A DNA stretch of 64,000 bases from Eledone cirrhosa (Eukaryota): positions 57,288,001-57,352,000 of the forward strand of contig OZ024745.1 of NCBI GenBank assembly GCA_964016885.1. The letters are read 5' to 3'. The position numbers were made by a program, and so were the translations under genes. Of the stretch, positions 40,499 through 55,292 are shown piece after piece. Numbering within the stretch: position 1 is the first letter of the stretch; every line of letters starts with the position of its first letter. The notes below the pieces were generated by a model. That model saw nothing but the letters and a program-made list of their open reading frames with translations, did no database searches and was not told the DNA's origin.

Positions 40499-40505
<7 letters not shown>
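39944..40505. mobile_element. Small PLE fold-back insertion (family E); loop carries an N-terminal PLE ORF fragment
   Basis: Arms 39944-40093 / 40284-40433; loop (-) reads LEDFETEMLNILKKIKFKK...ILVKSDKTNNLYGIDKAEY, resembling the PLE pre-RT (A/S)DKxxN motif; (TA)n on both sides. Confidence 0.8.
40319..40356 (+). ncRNA. Minimal hammerhead with U3-A8 core (family E); identical copies 40021-40058 (-), 55414-55451 (-), 58171-58208 (+)
   Basis: Stem I CCTT/AAGG, core TTGAAAA, stem II GCAG/CTGC, GAAAC-CG-GT-A. Confidence 0.7.
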
Positions 40506-40536
<31 letters not shown>

Positions 40537-40896
40537 TTGAATATTTATTTTTGTACACGCCCAAACTTCACTAGTTAACGTCGCTTGGTTCAGACGACTT
40601 CGAAAGATACCCATCAAGATCTTCAAATCAGTTCACGTGCCATGATCTCTTATCAACATAGGGATAGGAAACGATTCTTTCATTTCGCTCCACTTGCCTT
40701 CGGTCTCCCCAACACTGGTGCCGATCGAGACGGCCTGTCGACAACAACCTTCTCAAGACCAGCATTTTGATCTTCGGGCAAGCGTCCATATCCAATATGT
40801 CCGGACGAGCCACACTCCACGCTTGTAGGCCTTTTCTTGTAGGCGCTTCCGCTGTTATTTTGATATGAATTCACGAGCATTATCATATAGATTCTG

Positions 40897-41062
40897 CGGT
40901 AGAGGGTCGGACGCCATGCTTTCCAGCATAGTTACGTCCATTTACGATCTGAGTTCAAATCCCGCCGAGGTTGACTTTGCCTTTCATCCTTACGGGGTCG
41001 ATAAAATAAAGTACCAGTAATGCACTGGGTAATTGCTGGCCTTGTGCCTAAAGTAGAAACAT
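40897..41062 (+). mobile_element. 5'-truncated tRNA-derived SINE with 17-bp TSD
   Basis: TTATCATATAGATTCTG at 40880-40896 and 41063-41079. Confidence 0.9.
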
Positions 41063-41794
41063 TTATCATATAGATTCTGGCCAACCATTACTGGGTATGT
41101 TGGCTGTGTTCTATCCTTCTCAAAGTTTTTATTTCTGAGGTCATCACTTGATTGAAAACGTAATCCCAATAGAGCGGAAAGCAAATTATTCAAAATTTAC
41201 AAGATTAGTTTACTGTATATATTATTATTGATTTGTCATATCAGATTTAGATGATGAACCGTTGTAAATGCTCGAAACTTCTAATAGTGTATAAGTTTAT
41301 TCGTGTTCCGAAATAAAAACCAATTGGGTGAAACTAATTTCTATAGCAAATTTTGATTAGCACTTCCCTGCAGCTGTCGCGTATATACATGAATAATATT
41401 CATACTATTAATAGTTTATATGCCAGCTGTTACTACATAATAGGTAAATGATCTGACTACATAAATGATGAGTTTCACCAGAATATTCGTAGTCCCAGGT
41501 CATCATACAAAATTCAGTACCTTAACGATAACCGTATTGATATATCGTGTTGACAGAAAAATACATTCCGGAAAATATGTATATACATACACATGTGGAA
41601 AATATGTATATTCATACACAGTGTGTGGATGGTGGCGAATTGGTAGAGTCGTTAGAACGCCAGATAGAATGATTTGCGGTATTCGTTTCGGCTTTCATCT
41701 CTTTGACTTTAAATCGAGCCGAGATTAACTCTGTCTTGTGCTGAACCCACATGACATAGCACCAGATCTAAAATACTTATCCAATGATCTAACG

Positions 41795-41896
<102 letters not shown>

Positions 41897-42100
41897 TCTC
41901 AGTCATACACTCACACACACATACACACACATTTTATGTCGATGGTCTTGATCTCTCTGTCTGTGTGAGTTTATATATCCTAGAGTAGGGTTACTCTTTC
42001 AATCTACGGAATTTGTTTTGTTTATATTTCAACACCACTTCCAGATTGGTATATCCTAATATGGGCATAAGGTCCTTCTAATTCTTCAAATAGATGAAAA

Positions 42101-43213
42101 CTAGTTGAGTTACCCAGCTTCGCCCGGGTAAACAGATGATAAGAGAAGACAGGTAAAAGAGAAGATGACTGTATTGGATGTTTGTCTGGTTACAGTATGA
42201 GGCGAGTCCGTGATGTCTGTGTGATACAGAAAACAGTAAAAAAAATCTTCCAGATATACCAGATTCTTCGTTGTACCGTTTGTGCATAGTATATGAACAA
42301 TTCTAGGTGCTCCCACCTGGAATAGTAACCTCTAGGAGATGGTTCATCTTCTGCCTGACTGTAACACGTGTATCATTGTATAGACGTGGTTGTTCCACGT
42401 TTCTCAAAAGGATGATGGAAGTTTCAATCTTTTATATTATATGTAGATATAGATATAGATAATTAATATAAAAGCTGATGCTCAGCCACATCGTCTTCAA
42501 CCATCGCAGCACGTCGTCGCTGCTTGGCTCCAGTGTTTCGTTGGCGTTGTTCAGCCAGCTCCTCTTCATTCATGGCGGCACGTCTTCGCTTCTGAAGTTC
42601 GGCGTTCCGATGGCGCTGTTCGGCCCGTTTTTCTTCATTCCTGTAGTACACTGTTTGATAAAGTAGAATTGCTTTTATTATCAGTATTCATTTCGAGAAA
42701 TTGTCAAAAAGTGACACAATAATAAATATAAAAGATGTCCGTCAATGTAAAAAAAGGTCCCTATTTACTCCCTTCACAACTCTGTGTATGTTAGACTGAC
42801 AGACAGGCACAAAGACAGATAAACTGCGTGGCGATTGTGGAACGCCCCACGTACACACACATACACGCATGGAAACGCGCACACGAACGCAAACTTATAC
42901 ACGCACCCGTGCACTTACACACACTTACACACTCACACATGTTGATAGTTTTTACTTTCTGTGGAACGCTGCACGTACGCACACACACATAATCATACGC
43001 GCACGTACATACACACGCACACATGGTAATAGTTACCACGTTCACTTTGCCTCTCTGTTTCTTACTCTCCCCTCTCACTCCCTCATTGGCATTATGCATA
43101 TTAATTTAAGTTTGGCGTTGTTGAGGTGGGCGGAGTCGTTGAAAGCTACGATCCAATGATAATCGAGAATTATGACACACGGAATACTGACGTTGTTGAA
43201 ATTAATATATAGA
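42101..43213 (-). mobile_element. Non-autonomous Helitron
   Basis: Minus strand begins A|TCTATATATTAAT (43213) and ends with hairpin TTACCCGGGCGAAGCTGGGTAA + CTAG|T (42101). Internal ORF 42463-42651 has charged EQRxRN..KRRRAAM repeats like Helitron RepHel N-termini. Confidence 0.75.
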
Positions 43214-46200
43214 TATGACAGAATCAGCGCCTCCTTGCTGCCCCAGCAACCTACGTTCTTTCAGAATAAATATATAGAATTAATCCGACAATTTTAGTCG
43301 TCTATCAGGAATCGTAAATAAAAATTGTTCCAGTCTATTAGATTCTGTCTTCGACGAAATTTCTCAAGCATTAATGAATAAAAAAAACAAAAGCATAAAA
43401 AGCAATCGAACTGCTACCATTACACGGACAGATGCTTTCCGCCTGCAAAAAATAGAAACAGGTGAACGTTAAAAGTAGATAAAATCTCAGCTCATAACAA
43501 AATGTGGTTAGAACAACCTCTATTTACACTAGTAAATCACTAAAAGAAATGACTACCACATGCCCCGACAGAAAATGTGTAGTTATGTAATGAATAATCG
43601 ATCGACTTACTACAGAACTCCTTATACAAATGAATGTCCCAATATATAAGATAACTTTTAAATCTTCTTCTGTTTTGCAATAAACATACCATTATGTTGA
43701 TGTGAAATAGATCGATCGTTATTATATAGGTAAGCTTCCTGCAAACATATATATACACGATTTAGAGAATAGTATCTCTGTAAATCAACAGACCGGTGTT
43801 GTGAAATTACCCAAGCGTACGTTAACTGGTGATGTGAGATTATTAGATGTATATTGTATAGGAACGCGTTCATCAGTATATGTTTTAAAATAATTAATAC
43901 AGAAATCTGGGAAACAGCCTATCTGACATTTGAGCAGGATGTATGAGGTCCCATAAATCAGGACAGGACATTTAAAAAATTAAACATTCTAAGCATAAAG
44001 TTTTGTTTACTCTATACTTGTTAGGTTGATTCAATGTGTTTCTCCTATTTCTCTACAAAGTAAATGTTGTATTGTCTACTAAGCAGATAACAAGGTAGAA
44101 AGCAATTTATTAAACTTCTCTTTTGAATATTCAATGCATTTATATTGCTGAGTACAGCATGATAAATGCGATTATCAGTAAAATTGGTGCAGATAATATA
44201 GAGAGAAAGAGAAATATGTTATCGAGAGAAATACTTTAATGTGACGCATTATCTGTGTAGTTCTTTGTCCATAGTGCGAGTTTCTTCTGAATCCATGTGC
44301 CAACCTATTAAGCCGACATTAATGTTGCCAACCGCGATTTTGTCGATAGCATTTTACTGTATCAACATCAAATTCCGTCACAAAAAAAATATTAACCTAA
44401 CCTTCTTGACTAAGAGAAGTTGTAGTCGTATATAATCAATCGAGGATATAATGATTTTAGTAACCTGTCAGTCTCCTTTTTCTCCAATGAGGCTTGTTTC
44501 AAATATCTCAAAATTGAATGCTTTTTGGCATGCATTGGTCATAGGAAAAATACACATAAGAAAAAATACTCCAGCAGACGAAATTATTAAAAGAGTATCT
44601 CTCTAAACCTTTGCAATAGCATTGCTTTAACCAACATTCGGGATACCATACTGGATCATGTTAGATGTCAGTGGCATGTACATCATGAAAATGTGCTTAT
44701 TCAAACAACTTGTAACTTCCAAAATAGCAGAACCTATGTTTGATAAAGAGAGGGAGGATTTGAAATATGGTGATATTAAATAGCTTCTGATTGTCGGTTT
44801 GTATCACGTAGACAACAAGTATTGATCAGTATAGAAATTTAACGTTAGCATTACGTATGTACTGCAGTTGATAATATAATGCAAATAAGATTAGAGCAGG
44901 AATCGGTACTCTGAGTATAGCGATATTCTATGTGACCGAATAGTAGCTAGACTGACACGTTCAAATATATACGTGTGGTTGTAATAATCACAACAACATA
45001 TGATAGGCATGACTTCGATGCTGCTATCACTGTTTAGCCGGTGTTGTCATCCAGTATATTTATAAATTATCTAATTCCAAAGGGCATGGGTTGGTAGACG
45101 ATTGTTTAAAATCAATATGAAATATATATTCGGGCGATGGAGTGAATGCTGTTATCAGAAATTGTAGGAAATTATTAAATTTTCATCATCCGTGAGCTAG
45201 AACAAAAACAAAAACACTTGCGTCCTGTAAATTAATGCAATTTAATTATTACAAAATATTGATAACATCATGTTTCTGGAGTCATCTTTACTGGAATATT
45301 TTATAACAAACTAGATGCATGCAGAAACATACTTGCTTGCTGGTGGTTAGGAATCGTAAAATGATGAAACTAGTGACATTTTGATATCAATACTCTCGGA
45401 AAACAAAGAAATCTTTTAGTCTACCAAACATTATAATATGCATTCGTTTCGTTAATTGTATGACAATGGTGTTATTGCAATATGAAAGAAACCTGAGTGA
45501 TTCTTCTCTATGTTGGAAATGATTGACATGTGCCAAACTATATTTAATGAAGGGCCTCTGTATAATTACCCCCTATCGCTTTAGTTTAAATTAATTGTTT
45601 AACCTACGTCTGCAGTTTACGTTATTTCCATAAAGAAAATCGCACTGAGATCGCAATGTAGTCGCAGTTGGACCTTATAATTGTGAAGTGACCTTTACAG
45701 GTTTAATGTATATATATGCCAATATATTGATTATATGGTTGCTTATGGTCTGCTAAGACAGGTCAGACCCCATCATAAATTATATTGATTTTGATGCATT
45801 TGCTGCAAAGTCAATTTACTTAGAGTAATGTTCATAACTAATTAAATTGATGCCAGAATGTTATTATTTCACCATCCATCTCGATATATTAAAATTCGAA
45901 TGTAACTGACCAGAAATTGAAATGTAGAGATAGAATGACATATGTGTAGGGTTTATTGTCTTTATATCTATCAACAGGCTGCTTAAAATATCCAATTGTA
46001 ATTCAATCAATCTTAATGATTTTCTTTCATTTACAAGCTAGATTTCATACAGTGTAATAGAGCAAATCGTCTTCCATTCATTTGCATTGCGAGGAGAAAT
46101 ATCACTTTGTATATAAATAATCAAATATTCTAAATCACTTATTATCAGGAGCATATGATGTTTATTATATCGTATAATCACCCTAAACCAGGTTACACAA

Positions 46201-46559
46201 TGAATAAATGGCATGTTTTAATAACAGTTATCAAACACAAATAGTTTGTATTTGACATTATTAATGACTTATGCTGAATTAAACATCCCCATCTTATTAG
46301 AAGTTCCCTGGGTCACAAGGGGGCGTAACAAATATAAACCTATCTAAATCAAATGTTGAATTCAAATTTCTGACAAGTATCTCATGTAAAAAAGTATCAC
46401 TAAAATATCTGGACTTGAACATTCACACCTATAAACATTAATCACACCATATGAAATTATTCACTCCTCTCTGAACTCACTAGCCTAAAGGCTTTTGTTT
46501 ACGTTGGGCCCATTTACTCTATTCAGCCTTGTTGCATTCACCCAATCATATTATGACAT

Positions 46560-47192
46560 TCCAAATGCAGGTGATGAGGAACCTTCTACTATATCTAATT
46601 TGACACCCCTTAATAGTTCTTGCTTCTTACCTATAAGGGGCTGTGTTCAGGAGTGATGGAAGTGAGGAGGCTGAAGTGCAGTAATGCACCAGATTCAGCA
46701 TTCGGTAATCAGGAGAAGGTAGGTTGGGGTAAAAGTCAAACTCACTAACTTAGATTCGGTATTCGTGCCAACCCTTACATCTGATCCGGAATCTTGTGTA
46801 ATGATCGAAAGAAAACAAGCGGCCGATATGGGGTGCCTCCAAAGAGTCTATGGAGTAACGTTACTTGATAAAGTTCGTAGCTCGGAGATCAGAGAGTCAT
46901 TCCAGGTAGAGCCACTACTTCCCCGAAATGATAATCACTATGGGCATGTGTTTAGAATGTCTCAGGAAAGAATCACTGGACATATTTTAGGATCAATACC
47001 AAAGGGCAGAAGACCTAGGAGTAGACCCTAAGCAAGATGGTTAAATAACATCCATGAGCTTGGCTGGTCTTGCCCGGAGATCCAGCCGGTTCAGTTGGAG
47101 AGGGTTGCTTCTGAGAGGACACGTAAAAGGAGTGTTTAAGGACTCTGTCCCCAGACCCTCTCATGAATAATTGAGGGAAGTCGAAGAAGAAG
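46560..47192 (+). pseudogene. RTE-clade LINE 3' remnant
   Basis: QAADMGCLQRVYGVTLLDKVRSSEIR, YGHVFRM, GRRPRSRP..RW; short GAA tail. Confidence 0.8.
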
Positions 47193-47536
47193 ATTTTGAG
47201 TGAAATATTTTGAGGTTAATATGATTAGCAGTAATAGGATTGCAACAACACTTCATATTCTCTTTGCACCATGATGTTATAGAAAACAGCATATCTTTGC
47301 GCCATGGTGTATCTATTTGAAATGATTAGATAAATATAGCTTGAAATGGCTAAATAAGCTTTAATGGTTGACTAAAGTCGGAAACGAATGTAAAATATTT
47401 TCTAAATAAATCATGAAGGAAATATACTTAAATGCAAGAAAAATGTGTATTTTCTTAAAATATCTCTGCCATTAGATAGCAAACGACGTCGAGCGAACGT
47501 GTTAATAAATTTTTTTTAAATATGACAGTCAAAATT

Positions 47537-47569
47537 AGCAGCAGCAGCAGCAGCAGCAGCAGTAGCAGC

Positions 47570-47631
<62 letters not shown>

Positions 47632-47648
47632 GAGTAGTAGTAGCAGTA

Positions 47649-47685
<37 letters not shown>

Positions 47686-47690
47686 CAGGA
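47537..47690. repeat. (GCA)n/(GTA)n microsatellite
   Basis: Directly visible. Confidence 0.97.
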
Positions 47691-48334
47691 GCAGTCATAG
47701 CAGCTGTTGGTGTTGTTGTTGTTCTTGTTTCTATGGTGTTTCTAGTTCTGATCCTGTAATAACGCGATTCACATCTAAAGTCACAGCAGAAACAACAAAA
47801 GATACGAAACTACTTTTATGGCATTAAGATACGTACATAGATAGATTAGTATGTGAGATATCAAAGGAAAACTGAATTGCAAAGATAAACGTAATAACGA
47901 ACATTGAAAACATGTATATATATAGCATGGACTAAATCGATATCCTTAATATTAGAGAAGAAAGTTTGAAATAGGACATAAATATACACAATACGCCTGA
48001 GGGCAGACACACTCAACGACAATTGTTATTTAAAGCTAGATAATCAAAACCACTATACGATCAGTGAGCATATATAAGAAGTAATATTACTATTGTTTTC
48101 AGTTAAATATAACTAATGTATTATATTATATGTCTTAGCAACATCTGACAGCCTCATCAGTATAACATGTACGTTGCACATTACCTTTGTCCGTCAATCA
48201 GGATAATTATTAATTTATTAATGGCATTTATGGGTATTAATGTAAATGGTTATAACTATATTGAAACATAAGCACGCACACACAGAAATGGCTAACATTA
48301 TATATATATTTATATATTTATATATATGTGTGGG

Positions 48335-48391
<57 letters not shown>

Positions 48392-49197
48392 ATTATTCAT
48401 ATATATTCATACACTGTATAGGGAACAAATGCGCCACGCAAGGTGTCAAGGCCCAATATTGACCACACCTACAGTATACAAGAAAGATCAAAATTGTAAC
48501 CTATAGTTAGACTCTCATACGAGTTCATAAGTTACAGTTAAAGGTAATGCATGCAAAAACACGGATTCCCAAAATACTATATCATAACAAAGAGAGATAA
48601 CTCCAAGATGTAAATTTGAAATGCGTGATTGTTCTCGTGTTAGTATTCGTATACTATTGCAGAATTATTGTGGTGGAATGCAATATAAAGATGGTAATGT
48701 TTATTAGGGTACAGAATAGAGCAGTATAGAAAGTGCATTGTATTATGTAAGTGTGGGAAGAGAAAGGGAAAGAAAAGATATAACGAAAGCCTATAAATCA
48801 TATCAAGGTGGTTCAAAATCTGTCGAATTTGTTGAGTATTTCCACTTGGCAGGCAGTTAGATTATTTGATGGAGGCATCAACTAAACAAATCTTTATTTA
48901 TGTTCAAATAATTATTGTTCGGAGATGCCAAACCTTGTAATACTCTGAATTTCTTATTAAGACATATGTGACATCTCTTAATCTTATGGGGTACTCATTT
49001 CTCCTTTAATTGCCAGATATTTTATGCCAGGGCTCTACTGGTTCTCATATCAGGATTCTTCAAATAGTGGAGATGCGCATAAAAACATACTCTCGTCATG
49101 TAGTTATCACCGTTTGTATCCTGTATAAGAATCGCAATATACTATCCTATCACTATATGATAATAAAACGAGTTGTAGGAATATTATAAATTCCCAA

Positions 49198-49377
49198 GGG
49201 CGGTGAATTGGCAGTATCGGTAGAGCGTTGGACGCCATGCTTTCTAGCATAGTTACGTCCTATTACGGTCTGAGTTCAAATCCCGTCGAGGTTAACTTTG
49301 CCTTTCATCCTTATCGATAAAATAAAGTACCTGTAATGTACTGGATATTTGGTTGTCTTGTGCCAACAGTAGAAACA
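49198..49377 (+). mobile_element. Full-length tRNA-derived SINE with ~15-bp TSD
   Basis: GGGCGGTGAATTGGCAGTATCGG head; ATTATAAA(T/G)TCCCAA at 49183-49197 and 49378-49392. Confidence 0.88.
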
Positions 49378-50049
49378 ATTATAAAGTCCCAAAACAGAAC
49401 AGACTAAAGAAAACATAACTCTAATCTTCTTGGCCATTCAGCCACAACGGAATCAAAATTTTATTGTTAATATGAGATGTTATTGATTATAAAAAATCGC
49501 AATGATATGCCACGAGGACCACTGGGAAATATATTAAATCTTATACAGGAACACAATTAATCAATAATATAAACGGATTGCGCATTGCTAAATATCTCAA
49601 ATGCAACAGCCTTTCCCAAATGATATCTCGATGAATATAAAGAAATCTTATAAAATCGGATATACATAACATGTTTAGTACTTAAAATATGCATTTAAAA
49701 TATTCTACATTTAAAATCTACTATGTCATAAAATCGCTACTATACGGATATAATCATGTTGAAAAAAAGCGCATCTCAAGTGACGTGATAGAATAGAGGC
49801 CATTTCTATATGTAGGTATATTTTAACATTGTACAAAAATGTATAACTTTAGTATTGATTTTTCTTAATCATTATTTTTAATAATATAATTGCTTCTTTT
49901 TCTAGCAGTGTGTGAATGAGTACATGTCAGAACGCTGAATGGTTGAAGAGTGTGCCTTGGGCACGATTGGTTCTGGGTACCATCACCTTGTAAATGGTAT
50001 TTCGCAAAATAAATAACATAAGCATGCTATATATATATAAGTATATATA

Positions 50050-50100
<51 letters not shown>

Positions 50101-51854
50101 GAGACGTCAGTGCCTTTGAATCTTTTTATTGCATATTTTGTTGCTGTTATGGTACATATTAGGTAACAATAAAACATGAACTCATATGATAGCTATTGTT
50201 TAATCATTTGTTCAACGTATGATATGTCACGCGTGGGTTTTGATGTTACAATTCCAATACCCAATATGTTTAAACAGAATAAACACACGAGTCTCGCTAT
50301 CAAAAAACAAATATTTACTCGTATTGCAAACATCATTTTTCTCTTTTGCTCTGTAAAGATGTAAAAGATATCTCAGTAGCCGTTTGGAAATGCAAGATTC
50401 GTTAATTTCAAGATTCGTTAATTTCAAGATTCGTTAATTTCTTATCCGTGACATAAATTTAACGGTACAGAAACATAGGAAAATGGGAGCCCTGACCAAG
50501 TCAATTTCGTTTGAACCTTTACAAAGTTCACGCATGACGTAGAGTAGACTATTGCTCACATATTTGCTGCTCACCTGCAATTGTATATAAATGCCCCGAA
50601 GTCGTAGGAGTATAGTTGTATTTATATCTAAGGTAAATACATTATCTTTTTTTAGTATATGAAATAATATAGCTGTTTATATCTGGATATATATTTGATT
50701 CACTGAAAAGTGCTGAAAGTCAAATCGACCTTGGATGGATTTATAAACATATAACTCTACACCATGAAACAATTTCTCCAAATCTTAATTGACTATCTGT
50801 CACTTCCACAGAAAACATGTGCACCATAAATGTTTAGGAATTTCGGATGCATGCGATATGACTGATCAAGAAGATAGTAAATGAGAATTGTATAGAATTA
50901 TCTCTTCACCTATAGCATGGAAATATGCTCAAACCTCAAAATTGAAATCGCAGAATGTAAGTAAATATTAACATTGATATCTATAAATACCCCTAATAAA
51001 AATAAAATTAACGTATATTAAGAACTTTAATCATTGTGATGTGTTACCTTAATGCATGTCTCGGCATATAAATGTTCATAAATATGCTGTAAATTAAAAT
51101 CAGTCTTTCACATTTGTATGCATTAGTATTGAATGCAGAATAAATAACATTAACATAAGCATTTAATGAAAATGAAGCAGAGAAAACAATCGACATCATA
51201 TTTGAAAGGCGAACTGCCATAGGATTCTATATATAGAACATCAATCAGTTATTGATTTTCTGCTTGCGAGCAGAAAGCTATTTCTTTATTCGTCCTCACA
51301 AAATCATGCACAAGCAGCTATGGGTATTTCCCACTACCCTTATATAGACAAGAATATAAACTGGAAACTACTACTGTCTATGACGTAAAAGATGGATAGA
51401 AAACGCTAATCATAGATCTACTCGCTCGTATGAATAGAAATAACATTTTCTTAATATTTAAGATAGAATACAGAAGCAACGATTAAATCTATTTTATATA
51501 GTTTCTTTCTTTGCAACTTGTTAGCATTTATGATGCACTTGTTTACTTACTCCTATCTCTCTGTAATATTATAAGTGGTTGTCGTCAGTTTAGTTTTAAT
51601 ATTGCACGTCATTTAATAAATATTAAGTAGTAGTAGTAATAGTAGTAGAAGTAGTAGTAGTAGTAGTAGTATTAGAATAAGGAGGAGGAGGAGGTTGTGT
51701 AGGAATAGGGGGTAGGCAGATTAGGACGAGGAGGGGACGGAGGACGAGGAGGAGGAGGGTGTTGGTAGAAGAAGAAGAAGAAGAAGAAGAAGAAGGAGGA
51801 GGTGGTGGTGGGTGAAAATCATGATGATGTGTTTAAGTGGTGAAACAGTAAATA

Positions 51855-52031
51855 ACTGTTTCTACTTTAGGCACAAGGCCAGCAATAACTCAGTGTATTA
51901 CTGGTACTTTATTTTATCGACCCCGTAAGGATGAAAGGCAAAGTCAACCTCGGCGGGATTTGAACTCAGATCGTAAAGGGACGTAACTATGCTGGAAAGC
52001 ATGGCGCCCGACCCTCTACTGATACTGCCAT
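51855..52031 (-). mobile_element. tRNA-derived SINE
   Basis: Near-identical to 55843-56027. Confidence 0.88.
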
Positions 52032-52407
52032 ATATACCAGGTGAATATATTATGATAATTATGATCGTGTTGAACGGAGGTGGTTAAATATTAATCGTAG
52101 TTATGTAGAGAATCTATGAAGATTGTAATTTTAGAAAATATATTTTGAAGCCTCAATTCATAAGGTGACATTAACGCCGTAATAATAGGGCTTATGTTCA
52201 TCCCTACGGCAAGCATAACCAAGTAGACCAAACTGTATTTCTAGCAGTTCATTATCTAAAACGTTAGTTTTAATTCGATATTATGACTGGTGAGTGAAAA
52301 TATAAGTGAATACATTATAATATATATATATATATAGTAAATATCTAATATATAAGTTAATATATCCAGTTTACCACATCTCCTCACTCAGACCTATCTA
52401 TCTACTC

Positions 52408-52460
<53 letters not shown>

Positions 52461-54329
52461 GTGTGTATCTGCATGTGTGCGTGTTTGCATGTGTCTGCGT
52501 GCGTGTGTTTCAGTGAGTGACTTTACTTGGACTTCAAAGGTGTCTATTATTACATTACAATGAAGTGTTTTCTGTTAATACAGTCGCAAGATTAAGTTTC
52601 TCCTGACACACACACGCACACATACACTTACATACACACTGTGTGTGGGAAAACTGCAATGATCTTAATCTTCTTGATTTCAAAATTGTGATTCCCTTTA
52701 TCGATGCTCATGTAATGGATAAACAACAAGAGATGTGAACTTTCGGGCGAAAATAATTATGAAAATCGGTATGCATAAAATATATACATGAGTATCGAAT
52801 GTACCACTCTGAATATGGCATTGAAAAAAGAAAAACGAAAACTACATCAAGTGTGAACATTCTCGCAATTTCATCGATGGTATTTGTCTTAAAATTGTTC
52901 AGATAATGAAATGAAAGCAGTCGTGAGAATTCAAATACTATACGTTATTCAATAGGCACACAATAGTATCAGCATGCTGTACTTCAATTATTCTAGCTGG
53001 CAATAAATGGTAGAAGATTAAATAAAAACACGATTAATAATATAAATATACTAGATAGATAACTTAACTAGTAGGTTTTGATAATCTAAATCCTGCTGCA
53101 TACAAAACACAAAACTATGCAGATAAAACACCGAATATAGGGTCCTCATAGCATATACATTTCATATTAACTTAGTAAATAGCAGCCTAACTAGGGACAC
53201 TGACAACATAATTTGCAGCGATTGAGTACCTGAGCAGTGCTCATTAAATAAGCAATTCTTCATTAGGAAAGGAGTATATAAATGTACATACACATAATAT
53301 CTCTTAATATATAGATCCGACAGCCAAAGGTCAATAGGGCCATATTCATAACTCCAAATAGTGAAAATTGAATCAATGCACATGCCTAGTTGAACTAATT
53401 TGGACACTAAATGATGAAAACGTAGAGTATTCAATAACCTGGTCAATTGTTTGATCTGCCTGCCATAATTGGGGAAGAGGAGAAATGCAATTCATCTATT
53501 ACGGAATATTTTTGAATAATTAAACACGGAAGGACTTTAATGAATAAAAATTTTAGGTAGTTGCCAGTTGTTCACTTCGAATTAATAACACGACCATGGA
53601 ATCAATAAAATTTACATAATACCCAATGCCATGAATTAATTGAGGAAATTAATCATATCGATAATACTGGTACTGTGTTACATTCAATACGTCTAATTTC
53701 GACCATACATTCTACAGTGAGCATATAAATTTCATATTTCTATAGAGATCACATAAGGTCAGCATCACAATACATTTTTAGAATATTAACATCATAACAG
53801 TAATCTGAAGCTATAAGTCATTTCAAATATACAAAATTATTTTTTGGTTTTTTCTCTTAAATATTTGTAGCCTTCATTCATACCTTAATACATACGTATA
53901 CATTCCCTTATGTACACAACCGCATATATATTTACGTCTATATATAAATATTTCTGCATTCTCATAAATCATTTTAGGAATTATTTGCGCACGCACTCAC
54001 ATATTTTCATTTTTCTATGTACACATTTTATAAATATGATTCCTAACAAATCTCGAGGCTTATATGCCCCGTCACCATGTTAAAATACTAGTTGAATTAT
54101 ATATTGGTTTGGTCAGAAGGTTCCAGTGGTTTTCAAATATAGGTATTTTGGTAGAGTATTGTGGAAAAATGTTCAAGGCTGGATTTGTAAATATACATAT
54201 ATGAAGTGTGTTGGCATGGACTATATGCATTTCACATTTTCAGTCACGGCATCAAAGCAAGAATCAACATGGATCTATCCAAATTGTTTATCCCCGTTTA
54301 TAATGTGACTGCAAATCTGGCATAAGTTC

Positions 54330-54560
54330 AGCAGTATCGAGTTGTCGCATAAACAGTGATTGGTCTGCACGCTTCCGTTCCGGTGATTACAGCCTTGAAG
54401 ATCTAGTTCGGTCAGGATATCCATTTGACTTCAATGACAAGCAACTGCCTGAGCTGGTGGAAGCCAGCCCACATGAGACAACATGTCAACTCTCTGAAGT
54501 ACTTGGCACATTGGAGGCAATAGGAAAAGGGTCACATTTGGACTAATGGAGGCCTCACCC
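54330..54560 (+). pseudogene. mariner transposase N-terminal remnant
   Basis: From 54361: WSARFRSGDYSLEDLVRSGYP...LVEASPHETTCQLSEVLG...IGK...*WRPH, matching the mariner HTH/RSGRP and WVPHEL motifs. Confidence 0.8.
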
Positions 54561-55249
54561 ATCCAGAATGTTACATGCAAATCTGCTGGATTTATTATGG
54601 GAGGTTATACCACACGCACACTGTATTCATATGAACTTGCACCCTTTTCTCTCGTAGCATGTAATGTACGTTTGGCTACTACTATAGAATCTCAAACACT
54701 ACTAGCGGTGTTACAACACAATACCTTCAGCATTCAGGAAGCGGGCAATCCCTGCAGTAATGCAGATGAAATCAAATGTTCGGAGTGCACACATAGAGTT
54801 AATAGCAGATAGTTTGGCTGTTTTGCTAGAGATACAAGTAAATATCTCATCTCCTGGACGACGTCGTTTCGTGTAATATAACTTTACAAATGCAGATATT
54901 GCGTCCGCAATGTTAGAAAATCACGGATATTTCCGTAATCGGGCTACTACACGTATCCAGCAGGGCTTCCCAAAATATACGATAGACCCGTATAGTGTGA
55001 GGTAGCCATCACTACTAGATAAGCTATATGGCAGTTCGCGGCATTTCTCCACTCTCCCTCTAATGAAAGGCGGAAGATTTTATCGCTGACTAAAACACGT
55101 GGTTTGGTAGTTGAATTCAAACAATGGAATTCGCGCCCAACAGAGCGCTCAACCGGCCTCTTGTATATGCGTATATATATATATATATAAATACACACAC
55201 ACTCACACACACACACATATACACACACACGCATATACACGCACACACA

Positions 55250-55292
<43 letters not shown>

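Noticed and set aside
49198-49290. tRNA genes at SINE heads
   Set aside because: A/B boxes are present but continue into the SINE core and tail with TSDs; no complete cloverleaf.
43220-54300. Host-gene exons in the less repetitive stretch (also 6500-7900, 31100-31700, 40560-41200)
   Set aside because: No ORF or motif I can recognise; short exons cannot be excluded without RNA-seq or homology search.
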